Positions 40,921 to 53,893 of a stretch of 64,000 nt of DNA are shown here, piece by piece. This DNA comes from Mobula hypostoma (Eukaryota), in NCBI RefSeq assembly GCF_963921235.1, contig NC_086108.1, forward strand, positions 59,522,001 to 59,586,000, given 5' to 3'. Position 1 is the first letter of the stretch. Each line of letters opens with the position of its first letter. The notes beneath the pieces were generated by a model that was not told where the DNA came from, did not search any database, and saw nothing but the letters and a program-made list of their open reading frames with translations. A program made the translations under genes and the position numbers.

Positions 40921-43278
40921 GATCTCCTATTTGGGAACCAGACAGGTCAGGTGACAGAAGTATGTGTAGGCGAGCATTTTGGATCCAGTGACCATAATGT
41001 CATTAGTTTCAAGTTCATTATGGATAAGGATAGGTCTGGTCTTCGAGTTAAGGTTCTAAATTGGAGAAGGGCCAATTTTGAGGAAATGAGAAAGGATCTA
41101 GGAAGTGTGGATTAGGATAAGTTGTTTTCTGGCAAGGATGTGTTCAGTATGTGGAAGGCATTCAAAGGCAAAATTTTGAGAGTGCAGTGTTTGCATGTTC
41201 CTGCCAGGATTAAAGACAAAGTTAACAGGCATAGGGAACCTTGGTTTTCAAGGTATATTGGTGATCTGGTTAAGAAAAAAAGAGAGAGGTGTATAGCAGG
41301 TAGTGGCAACAAGGAACAAATGAGGTACTTGAAGAGAATAGAAAATGTAAGAAAATACTAAAGAAGGAAATCAGGAAGGCAAAAAGAAAATATGAGGTTG
41401 CTTTGGCAGATAATGTGAAGGTAAACCCGTAGGGTTTCTACAAGTATATTAAGAGTAAAAGGATAGTAAGTGACAAAGTTGGTCCCCTAGAAGATCAAAG
41501 TGGTTGTGTATGTGAGGAGCCTCACGAGATGGGGGAGATCTTAAACAATTTTTTTTGCATCAGTATTTACTCAGGAAACTGGCATAGTGTATATAGAAGG
41601 AAGGGAAACAAGCAGTAGTGTCATGGAACATATAGAGATTAAAGGGGAGGAGGTGCTTTCTGCCTTGCAGCAAATAAAGGTAGATAAATCCCCCAGGCCT
41701 GACATGATATTTCCTCGGACCTGGAGACAGACTAGTGTAGAGATTGCCCTGGTAGAAATATCTAAAATGTCCTTAGCCACGGGTGCGGTGCCAGAGGATT
41801 GGAGGGTAGCTCATGTTGTTCCATTGTTTAAAAAAGGCTTCAAAAAGTAAACCAGGTGATTACAGGCCGATGAGCCTGACATCAGTAGTAGGTGAATTAT
41901 TGGAAGGTGTTCTGAGAGATCGGATATACAATTATTTGGACAGCCAAGGGCTGATTAAGGATAGTCATCATGGCTTTGTGCGTGGTAGATTGTGTTTAAT
42001 GAATCTTGTAGAGTTTTTCGAGGAGGTTACCAAGAAAGTAGATGAAGGAAAGGCTGTGGATGTTGTCTACATGGACTTTAGTAAGGCCTTTAACAAGGTC
42101 CCACATAGAAGGTTAGTTCAGAAGGTTCAGACACTAGATATCCATGGAGAGGTTGTAAACTGGATTTGAAATTGGCTGTATGGGAGAAGACAGAGAGTGG
42201 TAGTGGATGATTGCTTCTCAGACTGGAGGCCTGTGACAAGTGGTGTGTCTTAAGGATCTGTGCTGGGACCATTGTTGTTTGTTGCCTATATCAATGATCT
42301 AGATAATAATGTGGTAAATTGGATTAGCAAGTTTGCTGATGACACTAAGATTGGAGGCGTTGTAGACAGCGAGGAAGGCTTTCAGAGCTTGCAAAGGGAT
42401 CTGGACCAAATTGAAAAATGGGCCAGAAAATGACAGATGGAATTTAATGCAGATGTGTGAGGTGTTGCATTTTGGAAGGACAAATCAAGGTAAGATATAC
42501 ACAGTAAATGGCAGGGCAGTGAGGAGTGCGGAGGAACAAAGAGATCTGGGAGCTCAGATACATAATTCCCTGAAAGTGGTGTCACAGGTAGACAGGGTTG
42601 TAAAGGCGGCTTTTGGCATCCTGGCATTCATAAATCAAAGTATTGATTATAGGAGTTGGGATGTTATGGGGAGGTTGTATAAGACATTGGTGAGGCCAAA
42701 TTTGGAATATTATTTACAGTTCTGGTCAACTAACTATAGGAAGGATATCAGTAAGATTGAAAGAGTGCAGAGAAGATTTGCTAGGATGTTGCCAGGTCTT
42801 CAGGAGTTGAGTTACAGGGACAGATTGAACAGGTTAGGACTTTATTCCTTGGAGCGTAGAAGAATGAGGGGAGATTTGATAGAGGTTTACAAAATTATGC
42901 GGGGTATAGACAGTGTTATGTACCCCGTAACTGGGTTGCCAAACTAGCAGAAATGGATCACTTGTTGGAATCTGGATTACTAGAAACTAATAAAGTTTTA
43001 TTAAAGAAATAAGTAACACAGTACTCTAATCGTAAGGATATAAATGCAACAGGTTAGCAATGATAAAACACACATGTACACAGAACTAGGGTAATAGGAA
43101 TCAACCAAGCTGTATCGCAGTCTAGGGGTAAAATGATCAGTCTCAAGTAACGCAGAGTTCAGTTCAGCTTAGTACTGTTCGCTGTAATGCCATTGGGGGG
43201 GAGGGAGAGGGAGGGAGGGAGAGAGAGGGAGAGGGAGAGGGAGAGGAGGAGAGAGAGAGAGAGGGGGAAGAGAGAGGG

Positions 43279-43324
<46 letters not shown>

Positions 43325-44217
43325 AATGCAAATTTGATTCAAGCAGACCTTTGATGTTCTTTGCAGTTGGCTTTCGGACGGATCCTTTTACGTCTTCTAT
43401 CCGCTTTCGGGCGGACCCTTTTATGTCTTCTATCCCGCTGTGGTCACAGACTGTGACCCCTCCGTTCCGGATACGACTGTTCTTCCGCGGTGAACCCAGC
43501 ACCCAGGCAAGGGCGGACACACACACCAGGTTCCTGCCAATTGTACCTTTTCACCCTGTGAGTCTATGGTCAGGTCCCGCGAACCGGACCTCCAAACTCT
43601 CACCAACTTGTGGGGGCACACCGCTCTTCCAGGGTCTCGTTATCTCGTGGTGTGTGTCGTGCCTTAGAGAACCTGTTCTTTTTATCCCCCTGCTGGGGTA
43701 TCGCCTGTCCATCAAACTTCAAACAGTTCAGGTTCAAAGCAACCGGTCTGTCAATATTCTGAATTGTGTCTCTTTTCGTTATCTCTCTCTCCTCTCTCAT
43801 TAACATTTTGATTGTTTCTCCATTGTCTCCCTTATCTCTCTCTCATTAACATTAATCTTCTGATAACTTGGTTTTTCGTCACAACAGAGTAAATGTGAAT
43901 AGGCTCTCTACTTAAATTAGGAGAGATAAATATGAGAGGACATGGCTTTAGGGTGAAAGGGGAAAGGTTTAGGGGGAACATTAGGGGGAAATTCTTCACT
44001 CAGAGAGTGGTGGGAGGGTGGAACGAGCTGCTATCTGACGTGGTAAATGCGGGTTCACTCTTAAGTTTTAAGAATAAATTGGATAGATACATGGATGGGA
44101 GAGGTCTGGAGGGTTATGGACTGGGTGCAGGTCAATGGGACTAGCAGAATAATGTTTCAGCACAGACTAGAAGGGCCAAATGGCCTGTTCTCTGTGCTGT
44201 AGTGTTCTATGGTTCTA
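40921..44217 (+). mobile_element. CR1 LINE, 5'-truncated, with a solo LTR inserted
   Basis: ORFs 41587-41850, 41813-42169, 42411-42947 and 43932-44144 are consecutive CR1 ORF2 pieces. The tail is gttctatggttcta. Confidence 0.93.
42914..43883 (-). mobile_element. Solo LTR, 970 bp, 4-bp TSD ACAG
   Basis: TG..CA termini with ACAG at 42910-42913 and 43884-43887. Removing it restores CR1 ggtatagacagagtaaat. Contains a GA-rich tract at about 43195-43321. Orientation is inferred from the AATAAA position. Confidence 0.9.
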
Positions 44218-45858
44218 ACTGTGAAGATGCATGACAGTGCTATTCAGTAGACCCAATGACAATGAAGGATCAAGTCAGTCTCCAAGTGAGGATGGAGGGG
44301 GACGGTGTTCCTATACACCTTCTGGTTCTGTACGTGATGACAGAGTTCACAGACTGTAGAGAATATTCCAAAGTCTGGTTTGAAGTCAATGATTTCCAAG
44401 TGCGCTTGGGATCACAATCTTAAAATTTACAAATGACATCAAATGTGAAGTTTGCAAAAAAAAATGTGGAAAATGTTGGTAAGCTGCGAACAGGCTGGGA
44501 GAAAAAGTAAGGGCTGGTGCTGCCCCTTAATGAAACTTTGTCACATAGGCAGTGGGAGAGATACAGTGTTTACAATAGATCATTTCCTCCAAGTCAAATG
44601 GCACCAAATTAAAAATGTTTATTTTGTTTACAAATAAATGTATGGCATAATGAAATAAATCATTAATAATAAATTCATACTAGACACTGAATAAAATATT
44701 GGTTAAGGTATTTTTATGCTATTTAGGGGCTCCAAGTTAGAAAAAAGTACAAGGATGTTCTTTATCTTATGAAACATGAAGAAAACCCCCAAATAAGTAT
44801 CAATCTACAGAAATTATACAGCACACCTTAAGCCAATGGGAGGCGGTCATGAATGTGTGGTCAAGTCAGGATACTGAAGTTATTCCTATTGAGGTAGAGC
44901 ATGATAAGTGTTGATTTCGAGTTACTACAAAGTGAGTAAGGAAAGTTAATCCATTTAGGGAGTCAGTTAGAGAAGATCACTCATTTAAAATGATCACAAG
45001 AGCGAGAAACATCTTTTGGTAACATGGTGGCATGCTCGGTTCAGGGCCAAGCAAAGAGCTATTGTCCTTTTAAACATATTTTGTTATATTCACAAGACCC
45101 CACTGGACCTTAAGAACTGAAAGTACTGCAGGCCTACCTCATCAGTGAGTTGCTCGTCGGTGGAGAAACTGAAAGAGCTGGACTTGATGCGGCTCACGCT
45201 GCTCCCTGCATCAGAAAGGCATCGGAGTGTAAAGGTAGCGTGCAGTCTAACAGTGAGTGATCATCTTATCCACTTTCCTAATTCGATCATAAGACCCTGT
45301 TGGACATTGTTAACGTGGAATGCTACAGGACCGATCCATTGGTTTATTGATAGACGGTAGGAGAGCTGCAGGGTCTCAGTTGTAGTGAGGAAAAGGCCTC
45401 AAGCTGTGCTGTCGCCTGTTTACAGCCAGCGAGGAGAGAGGAGTTGGAGCCGGTGTGCTCCACGGGAGTGCCTGACCTGCTGTGGCATGGCGTCCACGCT
45501 GGAGTCGATGTTGCTTCCCAGTGTTCACTCAGCAGATGACAAGTGTTCAACTGAGACTGGTGCAAAATTCATGGACTCAGGGTCTAGGGCTATATTTTTG
45601 TGTGACTGCTATCTTATACATGCTATATGTGCCTGGTCCTGTGCATGACTGTTAGTTCTGCGTTTTGAGCCCTGGCCCTGGAGTAATGCTGTTTCATTTG
45701 GCTGTGTTGATGAGTAGTGATGCATGGTTGAACAACAATTTAACATGAACTTCAACATGAAACTGGATAAATGCCTGAAGCTATGCAAAGTTCCTGCAGA
45801 GAAAGTGAGACTGCAGGGATAACTTTTGTGATAAACACAGGGCAGCAAAATTTAACAC

Positions 45859-46352
45859 TGTCAGAATGCTGGAGCAGGGATCCAATCACAGACCCAGTAC
45901 TGTGCACATAGTGATATTAATTGAGTAACAAATCCCAAGGTGCAAACAAAGTCAGCATCAAAGTTCAGGCAGAGATCAAAACATCCAGAGAAATCCAAAA
46001 ACCAGAATTGAGAAACAGGCAGAGTCAATATTCAGACACACAGAGTTCAGATACAAATGCTGGAAAGGCTCAGGAAAACTCACTGGCACAGTCTGGCAAT
46101 AAACAGCTGAAAACACAGGACTGAAATACACTGAGCAATAAACAGAGAGGCAGATGATGTGTGGAGCACAATGAGACACCGGTGGCAGCAATACAGGTAA
46201 TAATGAGAAACAGATGAGAGACGGAGTACTCAGTAATACAGGGGCCAGAGTAGAGCAGGAGCAGGGACTGGAGCACATGGCAATACAAAACCACAGACTG
46301 ACAGCTAGGGAGAAACACGCAAAAAGACAAAGTTCAGCTGGAGGTACTGACA
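45859..46352 (-). mobile_element. Probable solo LTR (494 bp)
   Basis: TGTCAG...CTGACA inverted termini. The minus-strand end resembles the 3' end of the 31373-32650 LTR. TSD is degenerate (aacac/agcat). Confidence 0.55.
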
Positions 46353-46770
46353 AGCATATATTGTATTGACATACAAAGGTGTATTTAACATATATTGTTT
46401 TGGTATATAACATTGTTGTATTTGGAATAGCAACATTTTATGGGTGTAGAGTTATTCAAAAATTATAAAATAAAAAATATAGCAATTTTCTCTATTTAAA
46501 GAAAGGAAAGTGTTTTGTTGCATGAAATTTTGAAATCAAAAACCTGAGTAAGATGGGAATTTTGGCACAACTTATTGTTAAGAGCTGTTCTCCATTTCTG
46601 TGAAAAATAACTTTGTAAATCACCAACATTATCCTCAAGGAGTCAAATGAATTATTGTAAAAATATGTGAACTGAACATTCATAAATTACAAGAGTACCT
46701 GAAGGTCGTTGGGTTGGAAGCATTATACTACACTCACAATAATTAGGATTTTACATTATTTCTTCAATAA

Positions 46771-47393
46771 TATCTGTTATCTGTCAAGTATGGTGCCGTG
46801 CACAATCCTGATTTGATGGAGACGGACGTGAGAGCACGGAGGAACATCTGGTGAAACTTCTGAAATGCCTGTTTCGCTGCCGCTGCTACTGTGTGATCCA
46901 GAATCTCCAGAGGGGAAGGCCCCGAGTCCTCGGCTTTGCTTGTTGCTCGGCTGCCGGGGCGGGGTCGAAGCGCTCGGCAGAGATGGTGCTCGGTGCTCGG
47001 TGTCAGAGGGCTGGTCGGAGGCTCGAAGTTTTCGGACAGACTCAGAGTCGGCTGTGGTCGGCTGCTTCCAATGCATCGGCAAGTTTGCGGCGCTTGGAGG
47101 TTCATGGTAGGGAGAGTTTCTCCCTTCTACCATCTGTGTGAGATGATGGGGCTATCGGGACTTGAGACTTTTTTTTACCGTGCCCATGGTCTGCTCTTTA
47201 TCAAATTGCGGTATTGCTTTGTACTGTTGTAACTATATGTTATAATTATGTGGTTTTGTCAGTTTTAGTCTTGGTTTGTCCTGTGTTTCTGTGATATCTC
47301 TCTGGAGGAACATTGTATCATTTTTTTAACACATGCATTTCTAAATGACAATAAACGAGGCCTGAGTGTCCTCATAATCTAATCTAATCTAAT
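46771..47393 (+). mobile_element. Non-autonomous retroposon (CpG-rich body, LINE-like tail)
   Basis: Abrupt GC/CpG-rich island ending in AATAAA and a (taatc)n microsatellite tail. No credible ORF. Confidence 0.6.
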
Positions 47394-49129
47394 ATAGTTT
47401 GATCAATTGAATGAGGACGTTAGGGCAGTTTTAGATACAGTTGTGATGGATAACTCCCTCCATTTATGCCGTAAAATTCCTTTGTTCTATTATTCCATAT
47501 GTTACTTGGTAAAAGAATTCCAGAAACTGCATTCCAAAATTATACTGATGCAACAAGTTTCCTTGCTCATTAATTATAGGGGTAGCTGACATTTCTGGAT
47601 TTTCATTTTTAAAAAAGTGTTTTATTGGCAGCAGCTTATAACTGACAGGTTGGCTCCAAGTGACATCCACCCTGTTGTGCAGGATTTTTTCTCCAAAGCA
47701 GCAAGATAGCTTTTGGTAAATGTCAAGCACTGAGAAATAAAACACAGCAAGCGTTTGATATTTTGTGAAATGGAAATGGAACATATTTATGTTCAAATGT
47801 ACGTATTATTGAATGAAAGTAAAATTTTGAGGATAACCTTTAAAGCAGCTTTCAAAATAAAATGAAAACAGAACAAGTCCAGCTTTAAGCCAGCTTTGGA
47901 ACAAAAAGGTTAGCTTAAGGTGTCAAATGGGATGCCAATCACAATATATGATTAGTTTCTCTGAGAAATAATTACATGAATTTTTTAGAATTTTTTCCTA
48001 TTTTATCCTCTTTTCTATTCATAATGCCTTTATTCTTTGAAGTTAGTGAATTTAAATCCAATCATAGCATCCTAGAGTTCCACCCGGAGCATATGTAATT
48101 CACACAGAAAAAGGTCATACATCCCCTCAGACCTGCTTGGCTGTTCAATAGGATCCTGGCTGAACTTCCACCTCACTCCACATTCCACTTCAACATCACT
48201 TGATTGCCTTTGTATTTAAAAATCTATTGATTTCAAATATCTTCAGCAAGGTCGCTAGAGTAAATTCTGAAGATTTACAAACCTCCTTCTCAAATTCTTT
48301 TCTCATTATTTCAATCTGAAGTGACCAATACCCTTGAAGTGAGATTTTCCTTTACCTTTCAGACCAATAGTAGGTATCATTCTTGCCAAAGACATTCTGT
48401 TCCAAGATCTATGGTGGAAAGAGATTTCCAGGTGCACAGAGAAAATAATTCAATGATGACCTCAAAGCCTGTCTCAAAAAATATGACATTCCAACTGCTC
48501 CAGGGAACCTCTAATATATGCCCTGTTAAAGTGCAAAATATTCATTGAAAGTCTTGAGTTCATGTATTGGGAGCCTTGTGCAAGAGGTAGAAGAAGTGTG
48601 CCACCTCACAAACTACATGTCCATCCACCCCTCCTGCTGCATCTTCAGAAGTTCCTATGTTGACCCGAGTGGAGTCCCAGAACTGACAAAACCAACTGGA
48701 AGATTGTAGGTAGCGTGAGTGTTGAACGCAGACGCTATTGTCTTCAACTCTGTTTTGTTCCCTCCATTTAGAACCTACATTCACAAAATTAACATGTCTC
48801 TTCTGTGAACAGAGGAAGAGTTTTCCCACTTTGCTTTCTGATTCACATTTTCAATATTGGCATATATTTAGCTGAGTACAATGATGTAGGTGGAGGTGGA
48901 GGCCAGGCATTAACACCAGGCGATGTGGCAGTGAGTCAGAGCCTGAAGCTGGAATACTGAGTCACAAAATAGACAGAAAATGTTCCATGGCAGGCTGTGA
49001 TTGGGGCTCTCCACACAAAGCAGAAACAGTTCTGTGCATATGTGTACAATACAATCGACCAAAACATGATTTCCACCCTTGCATTCTGTCTACTCGGATA
49101 ACAGATTCTTTCATTGTTAAGCCTATTTA

Positions 49130-49420
49130 TATATTTAGTGATACAGAGCAGAATAGGCCCTTCTGATCCTTCAAACCTTTATAACCCCACAACCCCAATA
49201 ACCCGAACCTAATCATGGACAATTTACAATGACCAGTTAACCTACCTGGTACATCTTTGGACTGTGGGAGGAAACCGGAGCACCCGGGGAAAACCCACAC
49301 ATTCCACAGGGAGGATGTAAAAAGACTCCTTACACAAGGGCACCTGAATTGAGCTCTGAACTGCAGAATGGCCTGAGCTGCAATAGCATCGCACTGATCC
49401 CTATGCTACCATAGCGCCCG
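49130..49420 (-). mobile_element. HE1-type V-SINE with a CR1-derived tail
   Basis: Minus strand has a tRNA-like head (gggcgctatggtagcatag), the V-domain gtgggttttccccgggtgctccggtttcctcccacagtccaaaga and a tail resembling CR1 aagggcctattctgctctgta. Confidence 0.85.
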
Positions 49421-49754
49421 AACTTAATCTGCTTTAAATTATCAGCTTCGATTCTAACACTTCAATCTGGAGACTTCAAAATGTACCTTGCCCAAAACTT
49501 TTCAGTATAGATGGCGTGGTGAACTGTTGAAGGTTCTTCACATGGAACATCAGCCCACTGGAACATTTGCAAAAGTTTACCGAAAACTAAAAGTTAACCA
49601 CATCACTAAGGATGAGAACACTTGGTCATGTCACCTGTTGGACATTGCTCTGGACAAACTGCATGCTGCACCACTTCGTTTTACAAAAGTGACCACTCTA
49701 AAATTAATAAAGTGCCTGCAGAGATGAGTCATAGAAAAACACCAATGGTCAATA

Positions 49755-50815
49755 AAGAACATAAGAACATAAGAAATAGGAGCAGGAGTAGGCCATTCAG
49801 CCCATCGAGACTGACCCGCCATTCAATAAGATCATGGCTGATCTGTCCGTAAACTCAGCTCCATCTACCTGCCTTTTCCCCACAACCCTTAATTCCCTTA
49901 CTATGTAAAAACCTACCTAACTGTATCTTAAATATATTTAGTGAAGAAGCCTCAAATGCTTCCCTGGGCAGAGAATGCCACAGATTCACCACTCCCTGGG
50001 AAAAACAGTTTCTCCTCATCTCCATCCTAAATTTTCTCCCCTGTATCTTGAGGCAATGTCCCCTAGTTCTAGTCTCACCTACCAATGGAAACAACTTTCC
50101 TACTTCTATCTTATCTATCCCTTTCAAAATTCTGTATGTTTCTATAAGATCCCCTCTCATTCTTCTGAATTCCAGAGAGTATAGTCCCAGGCGACTCAAT
50201 CACTCCTCATAACTTAACCCCTTCATCTCTGGAATCAAACTGGTGAACCTCCTCTGCACTGCTTCCAAAGTCAGTATATCCTTCCTCAAGAATGGAGACC
50301 AGAACTGGACACAGTACACCAGCTGCAGTCTCACCAGTACTATGTAAAGTTGCAGCAATACCTCCCTGCTCTTGAATTCAATCCCTCTAGCAATGAAGGC
50401 CAACATTCCACTTACCCTCTTAATAACCTGTTGCACCTGCAAGCCAACTTTCTGTGATTCATGCACAAGCACTCCCAAGTCCCTCCGCACAACAGCATGC
50501 TGCAATCTTTCACTATTTAAATAATCATCTGCTCTTCTATTATTCCTTCCAAAGTGGATGATCTCGCATTTACCAACGTTGTATTCCATCTGCCAGACCT
50601 TGGTCCACTCACTTCACCTATCTATATCCCTCTGCAGACTCTCCACATCCTCTGTACAATTTGCTTTTCCACTAACTTTAGTGTCATCAGCAAATTTTGC
50701 TACACTACACTCAGTCCCCTCTTCCAAATCATCAATGTAAATGGTAAACAGCTGCGGGTCCAGCACCCACCCCTGTGGCACCCCACTCACCACTGACTGC
50801 CAACCACGGAAATAT
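49755..50815 (-). mobile_element. CR1 LINE 3' fragment
   Basis: ORFs 50200-50589 and 49855-50199, with a (ttcttatg)n tail at 49755-49773. Confidence 0.92.
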
Positions 50816-50924
50816 CCAGTGAGGCTGTTTCCATGCTATATGAGTCTACTATTCTATGTTATTTGAAAAATAAATCCTCTTATTTGGTAGATATTAACAA
50901 TGGAAGCAGATATCTCTAAAATAT

Positions 50925-51260
50925 TAAATATTGGCTTTGTTTGTCACATGTACATTGAAACATCAAAATATACAGTGAATTCTGTTGTTTTGCACCAAAT
51001 CAAATCAGTGAGGATTGTGCTGGGGCAGCCCGCAAGTGTGTCACGCTTCGGACACCAAAGCAACAGGCCCAGAACTTACTAACCCTTACCCTAACCATAC
51101 ATCTTTGGAAACTGCGAGCAAACCAGAACACTAGGAGGAAACTCACACGGTCACAAAGAAAATGTACAAACCCCTTACAGGCAGAGGCAGGGATTAAACC
51201 CTGAACAACGATTGCCGACACTGCAAAGAGGTTGCACTAACCACTATGCTACTATGTCGT
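50925..51260 (-). mobile_element. V-SINE, diverged, with a non-CR1 tail
   Basis: Minus strand has a head (tagtagcatagtggttagtgc) and a V-domain (gtgtgagtttcctcctagtgttctggtttgctcgcagtttccaaaga). The tail ..tgtacatgtgacaaacaaagc differs from that of 49130. Confidence 0.7.
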
Positions 51261-52334
51261 CTGCATTGATCTGTTCCAAATCAATGTTGATAAACAGAGA
51301 GCGATCTACCCTTCTGTTGCACTTTCATGGTCTTTGATGTAACCTTTCGAATGCATTTGCTATTGTCATGTAGGAATTGTTAAGCAAAATGGGTGCAGCA
51401 AGCTCCAACATTATACTGACCAGATTATCTGTCCTAATAATTTTTAGTGTCTAGGGCAATGGGAAAGGCTCACTTTCTCTTCTTCAAAATGTCATGTAAT
51501 CTTTTATGTTTTTTTGAGAAAACTACCAAAGCTTTGACTTGATGTCACAATTAAAAGTTTGTTTTCTTACTTTATAGTGTAAAATAAAGAAAAGGCTAAT
51601 AAATTGCTCACCCATTAATCCCTCCTTTTTCTATGGGTGTTGCAGTACTATGATGTTGTAGGAAATGCTAACTTGTTCCTCCTGAATTATAATCCAATAT
51701 GTCCAATTACATACACCAACCTGTAGCCTAGCAAATGTGACTATAAAGAAATACAAGAACAGGAGTGGACATCTCAACACGCAAGCATGGTCTCCTATTC
51801 AATTAAATAAGGATTGATTTGTACACTAACTTCATTCATCTGCCTTAATTCTGTATTTTTTCCTAACAAGAACAGAAAGAACATGAGGAAATGCTGTTCA
51901 ACACAGAGTTGTGATCTGGAATTGACTACATTAAAGGATAATGGAAACCATTTCAATATCAGTTTTCAAAGAGAAGTAAAATAAAATCTAAAGGGGAAAA
52001 CTTTTTAAGTCTATTGGAAAGGAGCAGAGGAGTTGGTAGAATTGGATATCTGGTAAAAATCAAACAGGGCCAAATGTCGTATGTTGATTACCTTTGTCTT
52101 AAAAAAGTTGTTACAATCATAATTTTACATCAGCCTCCAAAGGTGAGAGTATTTTCACAACCTCTTTTCTGACGGTAGAAAGAGATTTATTTTAATAATA
52201 TCATTTCAGATGGTATACATAAACTTCAAACATCCTATGAATTATTCCAGCAAGTAGCCTCTGTATAGATTATCCCCACTAAATGTAAAATTGCAATGAT
52301 TTTTGTCAGTTCGCAGAACCTATTCTTATGGTCT

Positions 52335-53000
52335 TAGTAATACAATAAAAATAGGGACAGGAGTGAGGCATGTAAACCTTTGAGCCTGCTCTACCATCTA
52401 CTAACATGATAGTTGATATGATCTTGGACTCAGCTCCACTCTCCTGCCTGATCACTATAATCCTAGACTTCCCTTTGGCTGCAAAATAGAAGCTTAAAGG
52501 AAGTAAACTCAAATATGATTATTGACTCTGGATCCAGAGTTCGCTGAGAAAGAGGAGTTCAAAAATTTGCAACCTTCTCAGCAAAGAAATCCTTCATCAT
52601 CTTGATGATAACTTTTGCTTTATCCAGAGCCAATGTTCCCTAGCATTACAATCCCACGCCAAGGTTAAAGCCCTCACAGCATCCCACTTCCCCTCACTTC
52701 CAATCCCTGTTAAACCCCTTCAAAATCATATGTATTTCAATAAGATCACCTTCATTCCTTTAAACAGCAAATGGTAAAAGACAAATGTTCTCAATCTTTT
52801 CCCAGACAGAAACCAATCAAATGAACCTTCTCTGCACTAGATGCACTTCCTTAAACAAAGAGAACAGAACTGTATGTAGCACTTCATGCAGACATTGTCT
52901 CTCTACACAATAGCAACAATACTTCCCTGTTTTATGTTCCATCCCTCTTAACATAAGGACAAGAAATTTATTTGCCTTTCCAATCCTTATTGAACCTGCG
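52335..53000 (-). mobile_element. Very old CR1 3' fragment
   Basis: Decayed CR1 3' UTR and ORF2 end, homologous to 49755-50400. Confidence 0.6.
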
Positions 53001-53617
53001 ACGTTACTGTTTCTGTTGTAGGAGAATATCTAATAAAATGAGACGCATGCCTATCCAAGCAATTTTTTTTCATGATGGCTTGCTTTGTCTTGTCCCATTC
53101 AACCTAATGATCTCCCTTGTTGTGAAAATAAAATAATAGCTAGTTGATTAGTATTGGTGTCTGATGAGGAGTGTGATGCAGTATTTCCAGGGTCTAACCA
53201 CAAGAAGGATTTAGATTTTCAAACTCCATGTCAATTAAACATCCTCAGATATACCTATGTCCTCTGATCTAGCTATTGACTTCCAACTCTCAATGAGTAT
53301 TGTCTCGTAGTTTATTTGTAATTTATTTGCACTCTATTTGTTCATCTGCACTGCAATTTCTCTGCAGCTGCATTCTATTTTTCTACTACTTTGATGTACC
53401 GTACATATTTAAAGTACAGTGTGATCTGCTTGGATGACATGCTAACAAAATCTTTTTGTATCTTGTAGACATTGCAATAATAATCTAATACCAGTAACAA
53501 TACGACATACCCTATGATGCAAACAACAGGAATTCTGCAGATGCTGGAAATTCAAGCAACACACATCAAAGTTGCTGGTGAACGCAGCAGGCCAGGCAGC
53601 ATCTATAGGAAGAGGCG

Positions 53618-53655
53618 CAGTCGACATTTCAGGCCGAGACCCTTCGTCAGGACTA
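53618..53655 (-). ncRNA. Minimal hammerhead motif (GAAAUGUC variant)
   Basis: Same as 37012-37049 except ACGU changed to AUGU. Confidence 0.75.
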
Positions 53656-53855
53656 ACTGAAGGAAGAGTGAGTAAGGGATTTGAAAGCTGGAGGGGAATC
53701 TAAACTTCTTCGGTGTAGGCATCACCGGAAGAGGCTTCGCAGTAGTGAATTTAAACGCAAACAACAGGAATTCTGCAGATGCTGGAAATTCAAGCAACAC
53801 ACATCAAAGTTGCTGGTGAACGCAGCAGGCCAGGCAGCATCTATAGGAAGAGGCG

Positions 53856-53893
53856 CAGTCGACGTTTCAGGCCGAGACCCTTCGTCAGGACTA
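53856..53893 (-). ncRNA. Minimal hammerhead motif (intact)
   Basis: Identical to 37012-37049. Confidence 0.85.

Noticed and set aside
43164..43526. ORF with an SLSLSL/SP-rich C-terminus
   Set aside because: It is the translation of a GA/CT microsatellite inside a solo LTR.
51470..51560. Possible Deu-domain SINE relic
   Set aside because: The similarity is too degenerate to support by eye.
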